Shown piece after piece: positions 18,953 through 20,000 of a DNA stretch of 20,000 bases (positions within the stretch are counted from its first letter, which is position 1; each line of letters starts with the position of its first letter). The stretch covers positions 49,628 through 69,627 of the forward strand of contig MU006025.1 of NCBI GenBank assembly GCA_010093745.1. Reading direction: 5' to 3'. A program made the position numbers and the translations under genes. The DNA comes from Piedraia hortae CBS 480.64 (Eukaryota). The notes beneath the pieces were generated by a model, which ran no database searches, was not told the DNA's origin, and was given only the letters and a program-made list of their open reading frames with translations.

Positions 18953-19873
18953 CTAGAGGACGACCCAGTCAACAGGACGCTCCTTCCTTACATTATTCTT
19001 CTCCGCCCACTTCTCCAACTTATCCGCGTGGATGCCCAGCCCGCGAGAATTTTCCTCAATCACGCCGCTATCAAACGTATCCAACGCTTCAAGGATGTCT
19101 TCCGTTGTGATATAGGTCTTGTCAGATATCTGCTGCACGGTGATGCAGTCGCCTGGCTTGAGGTCGAGCAAGGTGCGGAAGATCTCGCCACACCAGTAGC
19201 TAATGTAGCCCTTGTGGCCAAGATCGCTCAACGGTCGCTCGGGACCACCGAGGCGGCCCTCTTTGCGGCCAAGTGCATACGAGGCGGAAATCAAGACCTG
19301 GCCGAGGCCCTTGCGCTGCCATGGCGGGAGAATGAGGATGCAAGCCAAGTTGTTGTTGTCCCAGCTCATCTTTTCCTTGGAGAAGACGCCGACGATCTGC
19401 TTGGTGGAGCGCTTGATGAGCGTGTAGAACATGAAGGGCGACACGTCAAAGAACACGCTCTTCGTGTCCAGGAAGAGGCGGGTGAAGAGAGCAAGGTGCT
19501 GGGCGTACAGCTTATCGACGCTGCCGTCAACCTCGTTCACCATAAACTCGTCGCTGCAGAGAACGGCCTTGCCAGCATGGCGACGGCGTAGGCAGGCCCG
19601 CTCATGGGCGCGCAGCTTGTCCTCTTTGGGCGTGTACTTGAAGCATTTGGCGCAGGTGAAGAGCGGAGCGCCGCGCACGATGAGCTCCTCCGGATGACGG
19701 GAGCGGAACAACGGCGTGATCTCGTCCTTGCCGAGCACAATCGTTGGGAAGAGCGGCGTTTGATTGTCGTCCTCAGAGGGGGCGAGGCTGTAGCTGCGGT
19801 GGCTCCGTTGGCTGCCGTTGCTGCCGTTGCTAGCGATGCTGGCGGGGAGCATGCGCGTTGACGTCATGGCCAT
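18953..19873 (-). CDS. SAS2: MYST-family histone acetyltransferase, Sas2-like, about 306 aa
   Basis: C2HC finger CAKCFKY...H...C, EVDG, LFLDTKSVFFDV..F.FY, GVFSKEKMSWDNNNLACILILPPWQRKGLG (catalytic Cys, acetyl-CoA loop), GGPERPLSDLG (catalytic Glu). Short and lacks a chromodomain, which favours Sas2. First in-frame ATG at 19873. Confidence 0.88.
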   Translation of the reverse strand: MAMTSTRMLPASIASNGSNGSQRSHRSYSLAPSEDDNQTPLFPTIVLGKDEITPLFRSRHPEELIVRGAPLFTCAKCFKYTPKEDKLRAHERACLRRRHAGKAVLCSDEFMVNEVDGSVDKLYAQHLALFTRLFLDTKSVFFDVSPFMFYTLIKRSTKQIVGVFSKEKMSWDNNNLACILILPPWQRKGLGQVLISASYALGRKEGRLGGPERPLSDLGHKGYISYWCGEIFRTLLDLKPGDCITVQQISDKTYITTEDILEALDTFDSGVIEENSRGLGIHADKLEKWAEKNNVRKERPVDWVVL

Positions 19874-19968
19874 TGGTAGCGTCGGGGTCTGAAACCGCAC
19901 TGCAGATTGTTGTGAATATGCGGTATATTACGCGCATTATTAGTAACCGTCGCTCGGCTCTCGACTTC

Positions 19969-19974
19969 ACGCGT
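19969..19974. promoter_or_regulatory. Possible MCB (ACGCGT) element upstream of SAS2
   Basis: ACGCGT about 96 bp upstream of the ATG, plus ACGCG at 19930-19934. A hexamer can occur by chance. Confidence 0.25.
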
Positions 19975-20000
19975 CAACTAGTTTTCCGTAGAGATTTGTA

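Noticed and set aside
17605..19591. Long + strand ORFs 17605..18174 and 18944..19591 (also 2523..3224, 6756..7415, 12567..13079)
   Set aside because: Antisense or alternative-frame shadows of real genes, with no recognisable domains.

Overview
Eukaryotic, gene-dense fungal DNA (filamentous-ascomycete-like: GT..AG introns mostly 43-47 nt with CTRAC-type branch sites; species not determinable). Left to right: 3' end of a Gly/Ser-repeat protein (+); decayed Ty1/copia RT/RNaseH relic; NOC4 (-) divergent from ATP4 (+, 3 introns) across 125 bp; AMP deaminase (+); ATP synthase subunit e (-, one 140-nt G-rich/C-rich intron); about 4 kb of two co-oriented, eroded copia relics with a hairpin-rich possible shared LTR between them; cytoplasmic dynein intermediate chain (+, intron needing an AAG acceptor); a 322-bp-period duplicated pseudogene; a fourth copia relic; an F-box/LRR-like gene (-); and a Sas2-type MYST acetyltransferase (-). 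No rRNA, tRNA or CRISPR seen. No clearly novel system is demonstrated. The best leads are the ATP4-AMPD-subunit e grouping, the self-complementary subunit e intron, the dynein AAG/CAG acceptor pair, the deletion-shrunk copia relics and the structured 10.3-10.7 kb segment. All identifications come from manual translation and remembered family motifs, not database searches.
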